From positions 7,354 to 71,353 of the forward strand of contig CAZIYD010000002.1 in NCBI GenBank assembly GCA_964543375.1: a DNA stretch of 64,000 nucleotides. The letters run 5' to 3'. The notes under the pieces were generated by a model. It was not told the DNA's origin. It saw nothing but the letters and a program-made list of their open reading frames with translations, and ran no database searches. Each line of letters begins with the position of its first letter. Position 1 is the stretch's first letter. Of this stretch, positions 48,082-57,377 are shown piece by piece. Made by a program: the position numbers and the translations under genes. This stretch comes from an uncultured Muribaculaceae bacterium (GTDB lineage Bacteria > Bacillota_I > Bacilli_A > RF39 > UBA660).

Positions 48082-50398
48082 AAAAACATTTTTGTTATTA
48101 CTTTTTTTAGTTCTTTTATCATTTATTACTGTTGGATATGCATATTATACTAAATTATTGAATATTTCTGGTGTTGTTACGATTCCGAATTATGGAAAAG
48201 TATTAATTACCCAAATTAATATGATAGACAGTATGAGTGTAACCGAAAATACACCCACTGTTGTAAATGGCTTAAATTTTGATTTTAATTTAACTATTTC
48301 AGGAAACACATCACAACATTATATTACATATGCTGTTACTCTATCAAATAATTCTGTAGAGGATGTTGTTTATATAGATGCAAATATTAATTGTAACATT
48401 GTACCAAATAGTGGTGATGATACGGCAACATATAATATAGAATTAACGGGTATAAATAGTGGTGATATTATACCGGCAGGAGAGAGTGTAGTAATTCAAT
48501 CTAAAATTATATTTGAAGTAAGTAATCCAAATAATATATATGTAGCAACTGGTAGTATATCTAATGATACCAGTACTGATCAAAGTGGAACATTATTGGG
48601 TAGTATAACTGGTTCAAATACAGGGGACTTAACTGGCAGTAATACGATAACTGATTTTAATTTAAATGTTATAAATTCTTATTCTGTTAATAAAAACTTT
48701 AAAATATTTGTTACTAATTCTAGTAATTTTGAAATATGTGATGAAAACGGAACAGCAAATATTAGTTTTGATATAAATGCTAATTCTCAAGAAAATTATA
48801 CATTCTATATTAAGAAAAAAGATGGAGCGTTATTTCCGAATAATACGGAAAGTTTAAATTTAACATTAAAATCTATTGGTGTACCTAATTGTTCTTTAGG
48901 AACTATAACCATTAGTGTTGACCCATCGCCTGTAGCAGACGCTGAAGCCCCGATTATAAGTAGTGTTACAGCAAACCAAGATACAACTGTTGGGAATGTT
49001 ACTGTTGCTTGGAATGCACAAGATGACTCAACTATTACAAGTTTTACAGTAAATGTTTATAATAGTAGTGGAGTCTTACAAAAAACTGTTAATACATCTG
49101 GAGAAACAACAACTGTTATTAATAATTTAGCTGATGGCACATATTATTTTACTGTTTTTGGCACAGATACACTTGGTAATACTGCAACAGTGCAAGAAAT
49201 TGGCAATGCAACCACTTCTTCTGGGCACGCATCAAGGTCTAGTAATTTGATTTGTAAATGGACTTATACTGTTAATACATCCGGACTAAAAAATATGTCT
49301 TCTAACGGAACTTCAACGGCCAAAAAGGGAACTACATATACAGCAACTTTAACTGCTGCAAGTAACTATACTTTGCCAAACACTATAACTGTAGTAATGA
49401 ATGGTGTAACATTAACTTCTGGAAGCGGTTATTCATATGTTCAGAATACCGGAAAGTTAGACATATACAACGTTAATGGCGATATAAGTATATCTGGTAC
49501 AGCGACATCAAACACTTGTTTAGCAAAAGGAACTTTAATAAAAACATATAATGGATATAAAAAAATAGAAGATATATATTATGATGATTTATTAGAGGTG
49601 TATGATCATATAAGAGGAGTTTTTACCTATAGTTATCCAATATGGATAGAAGAAGCAAAAGAAACAGATAATTATATTTTAGTAACTTTTTCAGATAATA
49701 GTAATTTAAAAGTAGTGTCTTCACATTCGGTATTTGATGTTGATAAAAAAAGATATGTAGAAGTAAATGGTGAATTAAAAGTAAATGATCGAGTATACAA
49801 ATATAATAATGGAAAATTAGATATAGTAACAGTAAAAGGAATTAAAAAAGTTTTTGAAAACACCAAATATTATAATGTTGTAAGTTCCTATTATTATAAC
49901 ATTATAGCAAATAATCTTTTAACTACAGATTCAACATCGAGCATTTCTAACATATATGGTTTTAAAGATAATGCGATATATGATGATAATTTCTACAACA
50001 TTTCTAATGGACCCAAATTAGAATATAAAGATGTTAAAATGATCCCATATTATTTATATAAAGGACTTAATTTACAAAACGCTTTACCTTTAGTTAACAA
50101 TGGATTTAATTATGATTTCTTAACAACATTTTTAAAATTAAAAACTAAAAATCCCATTCAAATTAATAATGTTAACCATTGGATATTTAATGTTAATGGG
50201 GAAAAAATGTTAGTATCTGAAGGTAGTGTTCAAAAAGTGCCATTTACGCTTGATAAATATTATACTAAAGATAATGCTAAAAAATCATTGTTTGGATTGA
50301 GAAAACAAAAATATTATGATACTAGTAGTAATACATATTATTATTCTGGAGATAAAATAAAAATAAATCATAGTGTGTATTTAGAAAAAATAGATTGA
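48068..50398 (+). CDS. large secreted protein: SipW-cognate signal peptide, Ig/FN3-like modules, Hint (bacterial intein-like) domain and unknown about 240-aa C-terminal module
   Basis: 776 aa. Signal region with VGYAYYTK. FN3-like segment (AEAPIISSVTANQDTTVGNVTVAWNAQDDSTITSFTVNVYN...GTYYFTVFGTD). Hint block A CLAKGTLIKTYNGYKKIEDI, block B-like VVSSHSVFDV and block G-like YNIIANN. C-terminal region with no recognisable motif. Confidence 0.6.
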   Translation: MKNIKKTFLLLLFLVLLSFITVGYAYYTKLLNISGVVTIPNYGKVLITQINMIDSMSVTENTPTVVNGLNFDFNLTISGNTSQHYITYAVTLSNNSVEDVVYIDANINCNIVPNSGDDTATYNIELTGINSGDIIPAGESVVIQSKIIFEVSNPNNIYVATGSISNDTSTDQSGTLLGSITGSNTGDLTGSNTITDFNLNVINSYSVNKNFKIFVTNSSNFEICDENGTANISFDINANSQENYTFYIKKKDGALFPNNTESLNLTLKSIGVPNCSLGTITISVDPSPVADAEAPIISSVTANQDTTVGNVTVAWNAQDDSTITSFTVNVYNSSGVLQKTVNTSGETTTVINNLADGTYYFTVFGTDTLGNTATVQEIGNATTSSGHASRSSNLICKWTYTVNTSGLKNMSSNGTSTAKKGTTYTATLTAASNYTLPNTITVVMNGVTLTSGSGYSYVQNTGKLDIYNVNGDISISGTATSNTCLAKGTLIKTYNGYKKIEDIYYDDLLEVYDHIRGVFTYSYPIWIEEAKETDNYILVTFSDNSNLKVVSSHSVFDVDKKRYVEVNGELKVNDRVYKYNNGKLDIVTVKGIKKVFENTKYYNVVSSYYYNIIANNLLTTDSTSSISNIYGFKDNAIYDDNFYNISNGPKLEYKDVKMIPYYLYKGLNLQNALPLVNNGFNYDFLTTFLKLKTKNPIQINNVNHWIFNVNGEKMLVSEGSVQKVPFTLDKYYTKDNAKKSLFGLRKQKYYDTSSNTYYYSGDKIKINHSVYLEKID

Positions 50399-50436
50399 TA
50401 CTTCAATCTATTTTTTATTAATATTAAATATAACTC

Positions 50437-50467
50437 ATTGTTAAAAAGGGTTTTCTATGTTATAATT
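50437..50467 (+). promoter_or_regulatory. candidate promoter upstream of ORF 50482
   Basis: TTGTTA-17nt-TATAAT read directly in the 83-bp gap after the Hint-domain gene. Confidence 0.4.
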
Positions 50468-50481
50468 TTTATGGTGAAAAT

Positions 50482-50979
50482 ATGAATAAAATAGTAGGTA
50501 GGGTATTAGTGTGCGTGTATTTATCTTTTGTGGTTATCTTATCACTATATTTATTTATGTATAGTCGTTTTGGAACATCTTCCATTGGAAAATACGTTGT
50601 TTTTAATGCTGAAAATATTAAATCATTTAGCAATGGCTCTTTAGTTGTGTCAAAGCACGAAGAAAAAGAACTAAATATAGATGATTCTATATTGTTTTAT
50701 AATGTTTATTCAACTAAAAAAGGAGTTTTAGAACAAAAAATAGTTTCTAAAGAAAAACTAAATGAAAAAGAAATAACATACGGTTTAGATAATAATAAGT
50801 TTGTTTCGAGTTCTTATGTTATAGGAAGTGTATCAAAATCTAATGCTATACCACTTCTTGGGCACATATTTAAAGTGTTGTCATCTTCTTTGGGCTATTT
50901 AATTTTTGCGCTGATTCCTACATTGTTTATGTTTGTTCTACAAGTTAGACAACTAACTAAAAAGTATAACATTAGGTGA
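50482..50979 (+). CDS. SipW-like membrane protein lacking catalytic Ser and His (predicted inactive pseudo-peptidase)
   Basis: 165 aa with N-TM and C-TM like SipW. Aligns with the canonical SipW at 55526: VVFNAENIKSF vs IFTVATGSMEP (Ser replaced), GVLEQKIVSKE vs GKVITHRVIEI (His replaced by Lys). C-terminal TM LGYLIFALIPTLFMF vs IGFYLLIVIPVAILI. Confidence 0.45.
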   Translation: MNKIVGRVLVCVYLSFVVILSLYLFMYSRFGTSSIGKYVVFNAENIKSFSNGSLVVSKHEEKELNIDDSILFYNVYSTKKGVLEQKIVSKEKLNEKEITYGLDNNKFVSSSYVIGSVSKSNAIPLLGHIFKVLSSSLGYLIFALIPTLFMFVLQVRQLTKKYNIR

Positions 50980-50982
50980 TTT

Positions 50983-51897
50983 ATGTTTGAAAAGTTAAAG
51001 AACAATAAATTAATCCTTCTAATAATTATAGTTGCTTCTCTTGGATTTTTAACTACTTTTGGAAGGTTTGTATACAATGAAATAAAGAAGAATTATTTCT
51101 TAACCCAAAATTTTTATTTTGAAAGCGACAAACTAAAAGAAAAACAAGTTTTATATAAAATAAATAACTATAATGGTGTAGATAGTTATGATATAGTTAT
51201 AAATATGAATAGTATAAAGAACAACAAAATAATAGCGAGCGAAGATATATCTTATGACATATCATATAATTGCTCTAGTAACGCAAATTGCAGTATAACA
51301 AAAACAAATGGTGTTATATATAAAGAAACAGGAACAGACTACTTTGTAATATCTATAAGTCCAAACACTACTCTTACTGATGGGAATGAAATGCTTTTGG
51401 AATTAATAGCAAGTTCTACTTCTCCATACGAAAAAACATTAAGCGCAAAGTTTCAGTTAGTAGTAGGAAACTATGGACTATCTTATGAGATAAATGATTC
51501 TGTAAATAGTCCTTATTTAGAATTAAAAGTAACAAACACTTTGGACTATTATAAAGTAAAGACAGCGTTTGGAACTTACGCCATAGATGACAAAATAGAT
51601 ATAGAAACCTATCTTACTCTAAGTGATAATGATAAAGCTAAGTGTGCATCTGCAATAATAAACTTAAGTTTTGATCCGAGTGTTGTAATATTTGATAATG
51701 CAACAGGAGTAGATGGAGAGGTTACTAATCAAACAACAACAAACATCGGAGGACATAACTATATAAATGGTATATCATTTAAAGTAGATGCAATATCATC
51801 AAGTGTAGTTAGATTTTATAAGAAAAACTCAAATAATAATTACACATATCCAATAACCAATCCAACATCTATAATCGGTGTAACATATACTTTGTAG
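50983..51897 (+). CDS. secreted/anchored beta-rich protein of unknown function
   Basis: 304 aa. N-terminal TM/signal LILLIIIVASLGFLTTFGRFVYNE (weak SipW-cognate-like TTFGRF), Ser/Thr/Asn-rich beta-type sequence. Confidence 0.5.
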   Translation: MFEKLKNNKLILLIIIVASLGFLTTFGRFVYNEIKKNYFLTQNFYFESDKLKEKQVLYKINNYNGVDSYDIVINMNSIKNNKIIASEDISYDISYNCSSNANCSITKTNGVIYKETGTDYFVISISPNTTLTDGNEMLLELIASSTSPYEKTLSAKFQLVVGNYGLSYEINDSVNSPYLELKVTNTLDYYKVKTAFGTYAIDDKIDIETYLTLSDNDKAKCASAIINLSFDPSVVIFDNATGVDGEVTNQTTTNIGGHNYINGISFKVDAISSSVVRFYKKNSNNNYTYPITNPTSIIGVTYTL

Positions 51898-51907
51898 GAG
51901 GTAAATA

Positions 51908-52876
51908 ATGAAATACAATATAGTAACAGAATATATTAATTTTGCGAAGTCTTGTGTAAACAAATATCTTAAAAAGATATTAGGTAAGTATTACAATCAA
52001 GAATATGCGAGCAGACTATTAAATGTATATATGAATTCTAGATATTTTGATATTTATTTATCTTCACAATCAAATTTAGAAGTAGATATTAGAGAAAATT
52101 TAAAGAGTTCTGCGGGTAGAATAAAGAATGAAGAAAACAAAACAGAACTAGAAAACTTGATTAAAGTTTTTGAATATATATTTTATTTTGATAACGTAGT
52201 AGAGTGCCCGTCTATAAATGAAAAAATTGATGAAATAGAAGCGTTTAGGAAAGACTCCCTAGGTATAAATAAGAACAAAAAATTTAATCAAGATCTTTTT
52301 GATACTATAAGAGATGATTTAATAAAGAAAAAAGAATACTTAGATACTGTGGAAAGTAAAAAGTTTGATTTTGATTGTACTTTAACTAATATTAAAAACT
52401 TATATGATGTGACTTTGACTCATAATTTAAAATTTCCTGTAGTATATAACTCTACAGTAATAGATAAGGTTTTTAACTCAAAAGAATTATCACAAAGAAA
52501 GGCAGTAGTAGAGTTTTCTTATGCTGCACTTAAAGTTTTAAAGGATACTATAAAGGGAAATTTTGAATACAAATATTTAGTTCAATATCCATCTGGAATA
52601 AGTAAAAAGAAAACATTAAGTAAAAAGATGTTTAGTATATTAGATAATGATATACTTAAAGATAAGATATTTATAAAGATAAATTATGATGACTTTGATA
52701 AAGAAAAAGATGAAATATATAGTTACATGAGAGAGGGATATAAGTTTGTAGTAATTTTAGAAAAGAATATAAATGTTGAAAAGATAGAATTATTATCTAT
52801 ATTTAAATATATAATGATGGATAAAAACAAAAGGATAGAAGGGTTAAATAAATTTAAAAACTTAATATTTATTTAA
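51908..52876 (+). CDS. cytoplasmic protein of unknown function, first gene of the McrB-like operon
   Basis: 322 aa, no TM or signal. 10 bp upstream of the McrB-like GTPase gene. RBS GGAGGTAAATA. Confidence 0.5.
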   Translation: MKYNIVTEYINFAKSCVNKYLKKILGKYYNQEYASRLLNVYMNSRYFDIYLSSQSNLEVDIRENLKSSAGRIKNEENKTELENLIKVFEYIFYFDNVVECPSINEKIDEIEAFRKDSLGINKNKKFNQDLFDTIRDDLIKKKEYLDTVESKKFDFDCTLTNIKNLYDVTLTHNLKFPVVYNSTVIDKVFNSKELSQRKAVVEFSYAALKVLKDTIKGNFEYKYLVQYPSGISKKKTLSKKMFSILDNDILKDKIFIKINYDDFDKEKDEIYSYMREGYKFVVILEKNINVEKIELLSIFKYIMMDKNKRIEGLNKFKNLIFI

Positions 52877-52885
52877 GGGGTATTT

Positions 52886-54406
52886 ATGGAAACATTTTTA
52901 AGATTTTTATATGAGATGCTTGCTAACTTCTTTGGAGGTTTAATTCATATATTTAAAGCAATATATGAGTCTTTTAGCATGACTTTTAATATAAAAAGTT
53001 ATATTTCCATAATAAATCACTATAAAGGAGATTTTTCTACTCCCGAATGGTTGTTAGTTGGCCTTGTAATAATAATAATGTTAGCTATAATAGTTGGAAT
53101 AATAGTATTAATAATTGTACTAGTTAGAAAGTATATGAGAATAAGAAAAACTTTGGTAGAACAAGAAACACTGCTTGAAGAAGTGGGAAATTTAAATAAA
53201 AAAGTTTTAAGTTTATCTAAAGAGAAAGATGAAATACTCGCTATGAAAGTATCTCAACTAGGATTAAAACCAGGAGAATCGCCTACCGAAGAATTACCTG
53301 AGGGAGAAGAAGTATTATCTGATGAAAACATAAGATTCTCTAAATTGCATCAAATTGATAAAGATTATATAAATTATAAAGTTCAAAATTATGGGAATAC
53401 ATTTACTTTGCCAGAACTTGTAGATATGTTTAGAAACTTTGCTGCAGCTCAACTTGGTTTATTCTACAAAGAAGAGATGATAAGATTATTTATATCTGCT
53501 CTAGCCTCTACAAAGTTAATAATACTTCAAGGTATATCTGGAACAGGTAAAACATCTTTGGCGTATGCTTGGGGAAAGTTTTTAGATAATGACTCTTGTG
53601 TTGCATCAGTTCAACCATCTTGGAGAGATAGAACAGAATTATTTGGTTACTTTAATGAGTTTACTAAAAAGTTTAATGAAACAGATGTGCTTAAAGAAAT
53701 ATATACAGCGGGTTATACCGATGATATATATACAGTAATACTAGATGAGATGAACATATCTAGAGTTGAGTACTATTTCGCAGAAATGTTATCTATATTA
53801 GAAATGCCGAATAAAGATGAGTGGATAGTTGAACTAGTATCTAGCCCATGGGATAGCGACCCTAAATATGTTAAAGGTGGTAAATTAAAAATAGTACCTA
53901 ATGTTTGGTATATAGGTACTATAAATAATGATGACTCTACATTTATGGTAACGGATAAGGTATACGATAGAGCGATGCCTATTGATATAAATGAAAAGGG
54001 TCAAGAATTTGATGCTAAAGACATTCCGGCACAACACATAAATTATACTTATTTAGATAATTTATTTGAAACTGCTATGAATACATATAGCATATCTGAT
54101 GAAACATTAAAGAAAATAGAAGAAATGGACGATTATGTAATACAACACTTTAGAATAGCATTCGGTAATCGTATTGTAAGTCATATGAAAAAATTTGTTC
54201 CAGTATATATGGCCTGTGGTGGTGATGAAATAGATGGGGTTGATTACTTCGTTGCTAGAAAAATACTTAGAAAATTTGAACAATTAAATATATCTTACAT
54301 AAGAGATGAAGTTGATGGATATGTAGATTTTCTTAATAAGACATTTGGAAAAGACAAGATGAAAGAATCTATAGAATATCTAATTAGACTTAAGAAAAAT
54401 ACATAG
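52886..54406 (+). CDS. membrane-anchored McrB-family (AAA_5) GTPase
   Basis: 506 aa. Walker A ILQGISGTGKTSLA, Walker B TVILDEMN followed by the McrB signature ISRVEYYFAEMLSILE (cf. DEINRANISKIFGELITLLE) and PNVWYIGTINNDDSTF (cf. McrB NFYIIGTMNTADRS). N-terminus has TM helix LLVGLVIIIMLAIIVGIIVLIIVLV, positive-inside RKYMRIRK, and a coiled-coil instead of a DNA-binding domain. Confidence 0.7.
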   Translation: METFLRFLYEMLANFFGGLIHIFKAIYESFSMTFNIKSYISIINHYKGDFSTPEWLLVGLVIIIMLAIIVGIIVLIIVLVRKYMRIRKTLVEQETLLEEVGNLNKKVLSLSKEKDEILAMKVSQLGLKPGESPTEELPEGEEVLSDENIRFSKLHQIDKDYINYKVQNYGNTFTLPELVDMFRNFAAAQLGLFYKEEMIRLFISALASTKLIILQGISGTGKTSLAYAWGKFLDNDSCVASVQPSWRDRTELFGYFNEFTKKFNETDVLKEIYTAGYTDDIYTVILDEMNISRVEYYFAEMLSILEMPNKDEWIVELVSSPWDSDPKYVKGGKLKIVPNVWYIGTINNDDSTFMVTDKVYDRAMPIDINEKGQEFDAKDIPAQHINYTYLDNLFETAMNTYSISDETLKKIEEMDDYVIQHFRIAFGNRIVSHMKKFVPVYMACGGDEIDGVDYFVARKILRKFEQLNISYIRDEVDGYVDFLNKTFGKDKMKESIEYLIRLKKNT

Positions 54407-54414
54407 GTGTTCTT

Positions 54415-55557
54415 ATGGATGATTTGAAGTTATTTGATTTATACAATAGATCTAACGAAAAAAAGAAGGGGGATTTTTGGAAGAATGTAGATGCTTCACT
54501 TCAAGTAGAACACAATTTTGAAAAAAATATAATAGATGATAAATGGTTACTTATGATGGAGGAGACTGTAAGATATTTAGATAATATCTTAAGAAACCCC
54601 AATAGATTTATAATAAATGAAGAAGAAATAGTAAAGATAGAACTTGCAAGAAGAATAACTGTAGACAGTATAAAACATTTATCTAAGAATACCAATTTTA
54701 TACAAGATATAGACGAAGAAAGTGGAGATGTAAAGCCATCTAAAATTTTAAATATAAATAAGGAAGAAAGCTTTAATACGTATGAAAATAGATTTATATA
54801 TAGTTTGATAAAAAACATGAGAATCTATATAGATATGAAAAAAAGAGATATGGATCTTGGTGCTAATGATAAAAGCGATAAGATAATGAATTATGAGGGA
54901 AGAACTAAGGTTGGAAAAGAAAATGTAAATATAAATGTATCTCTTAGATCAACACTGAATAAGGCAGATGATGAGAATTCTTTAGAAAAAAGAATAGAGA
55001 GATTGGAACTTAGAATAAGTGATTTAATGAATACTGATGTTTATAGGACTATAGATAAGCTTAGAATAAGTTTAGTTAACTCTCCAATAAAGAAAACAAA
55101 CTTAATATTAAAAAACACAAACTTTCAGTATGCTGTTAAACTTTGGAACTTTATCCAAGAAAATTTAAAAGATGAAACAAAAGTAGAAGCAGGGAACGAA
55201 ATTTTAAAAGATGATGAAACATTGAAAGATTTCATGGATGAGATATTTATGCTTAACTACTTCGTTGTTAATACGCTTGAAAAAGATGAACCAGAAGAAG
55301 AAAAACAAAAAAAAGTTTCCGAAGTATTAATACAAAACTTAATACAAAAGTTAATATTAACTAACAAGAACATGACAAAGGGTGATTTGAGCAAGGCTGT
55401 ATCAGAACAATATAAATTAATAAAAGATCAGACTCTTGCAACCGAAAAAGAAATCCAAGAAATATTTAAATTAGCAATAAACGAGTATAATAAATCTATA
55501 AGTAATCTAAAACTAAGGAGTACAAATGCAAAAAATAAAAGAAAACCAAATTCTTAA
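54415..55557 (+). CDS. McrC N-terminal-domain-like (DUF2357-like) partner protein, no recognisable nuclease motif
   Basis: 380 aa. Helix NTYENRFIYSLIKNM aligns with the conserved McrC N-domain segment LANRIIKSTLAIL. No hD.K / PD-(D/E)xK motif found in the C-terminal half. 8 bp downstream of the GTPase gene. Confidence 0.45.
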   Translation: MDDLKLFDLYNRSNEKKKGDFWKNVDASLQVEHNFEKNIIDDKWLLMMEETVRYLDNILRNPNRFIINEEEIVKIELARRITVDSIKHLSKNTNFIQDIDEESGDVKPSKILNINKEESFNTYENRFIYSLIKNMRIYIDMKKRDMDLGANDKSDKIMNYEGRTKVGKENVNINVSLRSTLNKADDENSLEKRIERLELRISDLMNTDVYRTIDKLRISLVNSPIKKTNLILKNTNFQYAVKLWNFIQENLKDETKVEAGNEILKDDETLKDFMDEIFMLNYFVVNTLEKDEPEEEKQKKVSEVLIQNLIQKLILTNKNMTKGDLSKAVSEQYKLIKDQTLATEKEIQEIFKLAINEYNKSISNLKLRSTNAKNKRKPNS

Positions 55558-56107
55558 ATATTTGTGGAAAACAATAAAAATAATTGTGACATTATTTATT
55601 TTAATTATTATAGGTATAATAATAACTCAAAGAATATTTAATAATAATGTTTCTGTTTTGGGCTACAGGATATTCACGGTTGCAACTGGAAGTATGGAAC
55701 CTGAATATAAGGTTATGGATATACTATTTGTAAAAGAATCAAAAGAATCTCAAATAAAAGTAGGAGATGATGTAGTATATTTAGGAAAAGGTGGAACTTT
55801 TGATGGAAAAGTAATAACGCACAGAGTAATAGAGATAGAAAAAGAAAATGATATAGTGTCATTTCATACAAAGGGTATTGCAAATGATATAGAGGATCCA
55901 ATTGTCTACTATGATCAAATATACGGTAAAGTAATATACAAAGGAGTAGTACTTAGTTTTGTTAATAAAATAATAAACAACCCAATAGGCTTTTATTTAC
56001 TTATAGTAATACCCGTTGCAATCTTAATAACGCTCGAAATAATAGATAGAAAAAAAGAAAAAGATGAAAAAATAATAGAAGAGGAAATATTAGATTTAGA
56101 TGAATAA
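55526..56107 (+). CDS. sipW: signal peptidase I, SipW type (S26B)
   Basis: 193 aa. N-TM, RIFTVATGSMEPEYKVMD (Ser-Met), KVITHRVIEI (His), C-terminal TM IGFYLLIVIPVAILITL plus basic tail: canonical SipW architecture. RBS CTAAGGAG. Confidence 0.8.
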   Translation: MQKIKENQILKYLWKTIKIIVTLFILIIIGIIITQRIFNNNVSVLGYRIFTVATGSMEPEYKVMDILFVKESKESQIKVGDDVVYLGKGGTFDGKVITHRVIEIEKENDIVSFHTKGIANDIEDPIVYYDQIYGKVIYKGVVLSFVNKIINNPIGFYLLIVIPVAILITLEIIDRKKEKDEKIIEEEILDLDE

Positions 56108-56702
56108 AAAAAATGATGCAGTTATAAAAACTTTAAAGAAAAGTATGCGTCTGAAAGTTTTACTTTTATTAGCAATAATATTGACTTTCAATACTTTTGC
56201 GTGGTTTATATATTCATCTGCTGTATCTAATAGCATAACTACATCAGTTAGAGCTTGGAAGATAGAATTTGAAAATGATAGCCAAACAACGCAATATATA
56301 GAGTTTGATATAGATGATTTATATCCGGGAATGCCAGAATATAATAACTATATAAACGTAGTTAATTATGGTGAAACAGCGGCAACACTAACTTATGAAA
56401 TTATGAGCTTCAAGGTTTTGGGAACCGAATATACTAATCCGCCAGAAACAACTGGTGATCTTGAAAATATTATTGAAAATAATTACCCATTTAAAATAAA
56501 TCTAAATCTTACTAATTCAGACTTAACTCCAGAAAGTGGATCTTCAGAGTTTACAATAAATGTGAAATGGCCATTTGAAAGTGGGGATGATGAAGAAGAT
56601 ACCCTATGGGGACATAGAGCATATACTTATAAGCAAGAAAATCCAACTTTAAAGCAAATATCTATTAATATAAAACTTACTGCAAATCAAGTTAATCCGT
56701 GA
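56100..56702 (+). CDS. secreted protein with SipW-cognate signal peptide (paralog of 45241 and 56692 genes)
   Basis: 200 aa. Signal LLLLAIILTFNTFAWFIYSS, then RAWKIEFEND matching AKWDVSFDTAS (45241 gene) and ARWQISIND (56692 gene). Confidence 0.6.
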   Translation: MNKKNDAVIKTLKKSMRLKVLLLLAIILTFNTFAWFIYSSAVSNSITTSVRAWKIEFENDSQTTQYIEFDIDDLYPGMPEYNNYINVVNYGETAATLTYEIMSFKVLGTEYTNPPETTGDLENIIENNYPFKINLNLTNSDLTPESGSSEFTINVKWPFESGDDEEDTLWGHRAYTYKQENPTLKQISINIKLTANQVNP

Positions 56703-57282
56703 TTTGTTTGAACTTTATAGCAACATTTAAAATTGCTTTCCCTTGATTTATCGCAGCTGTAGTATCTGCGCTGTTGTTCATGTTCTCCTCATCGAAATCT
56801 TCCCATGTTATATAAACTCTTATACTGTTAGTCCTGTTTGTATTTGTTATTAGTATGTCTTTATCTATATTGGTCATGTTACCATTTACTGGAATAATTG
56901 CACCCCCATTTTCAGAATAACCAGTAACCTTTAAATCAGAAACTTCACTACTTGTCGATATACTTGTTGTTATTCCATAATTGAATGATACATCGACGTT
57001 TGTATAGTTTAAAATTAAATCAAAATAACCTAAAGATTGTGGAGCAATTACACCGTCCTTTACATTTGGATTATTCAATAAAGTTGGAGTTATTACATTA
57101 GTAATATATGAATCTGTAATTATATCTTGATCATTTATTGATATTTGCCATCTAGCAATGTTTACACTTGCTTGTCCTTCTGCCTCCGTGTTATATTTAG
57201 CATATGTTTCCTGCACAAAAGATATTAAAACGAAAAGAGATAAGAATGCAACTACTAATTTTAAATTTTTAAAGTTAAACAT
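56692..57282 (-). CDS. secreted protein with TasA-class signal (paralog of 45241 and 56100 genes), convergent and overlapping with 56100 gene
   Basis: 196 aa. MFNFKNLKLVVAFLSLFVLISFVQETYAKYNTEAEGQASVNIARWQISIND, beta-rich C-terminus. 3' ends overlap by 11 bp with the plus-strand gene. Confidence 0.5.
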   Translation of the reverse strand: MFNFKNLKLVVAFLSLFVLISFVQETYAKYNTEAEGQASVNIARWQISINDQDIITDSYITNVITPTLLNNPNVKDGVIAPQSLGYFDLILNYTNVDVSFNYGITTSISTSSEVSDLKVTGYSENGGAIIPVNGNMTNIDKDILITNTNRTNSIRVYITWEDFDEENMNNSADTTAAINQGKAILNVAIKFKQITD

Positions 57283-57377
57283 AACATACTCCTTCCTTTA
57301 CTATATGTTAACACCAGCTATTGTAAATATCAATTAATAAAATGTAAAATATACAGTGTGTTTACAAAAATTTATAA

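Noticed and set aside
52886-55557. Classical McrBC type IV restriction system
   Set aside because: The GTPase has a TM anchor instead of a DNA-binding N-domain, and the partner shows the McrC N-domain helix but no PD-(D/E)xK nuclease motif. I therefore report it as McrBC-like but not as a restriction enzyme.
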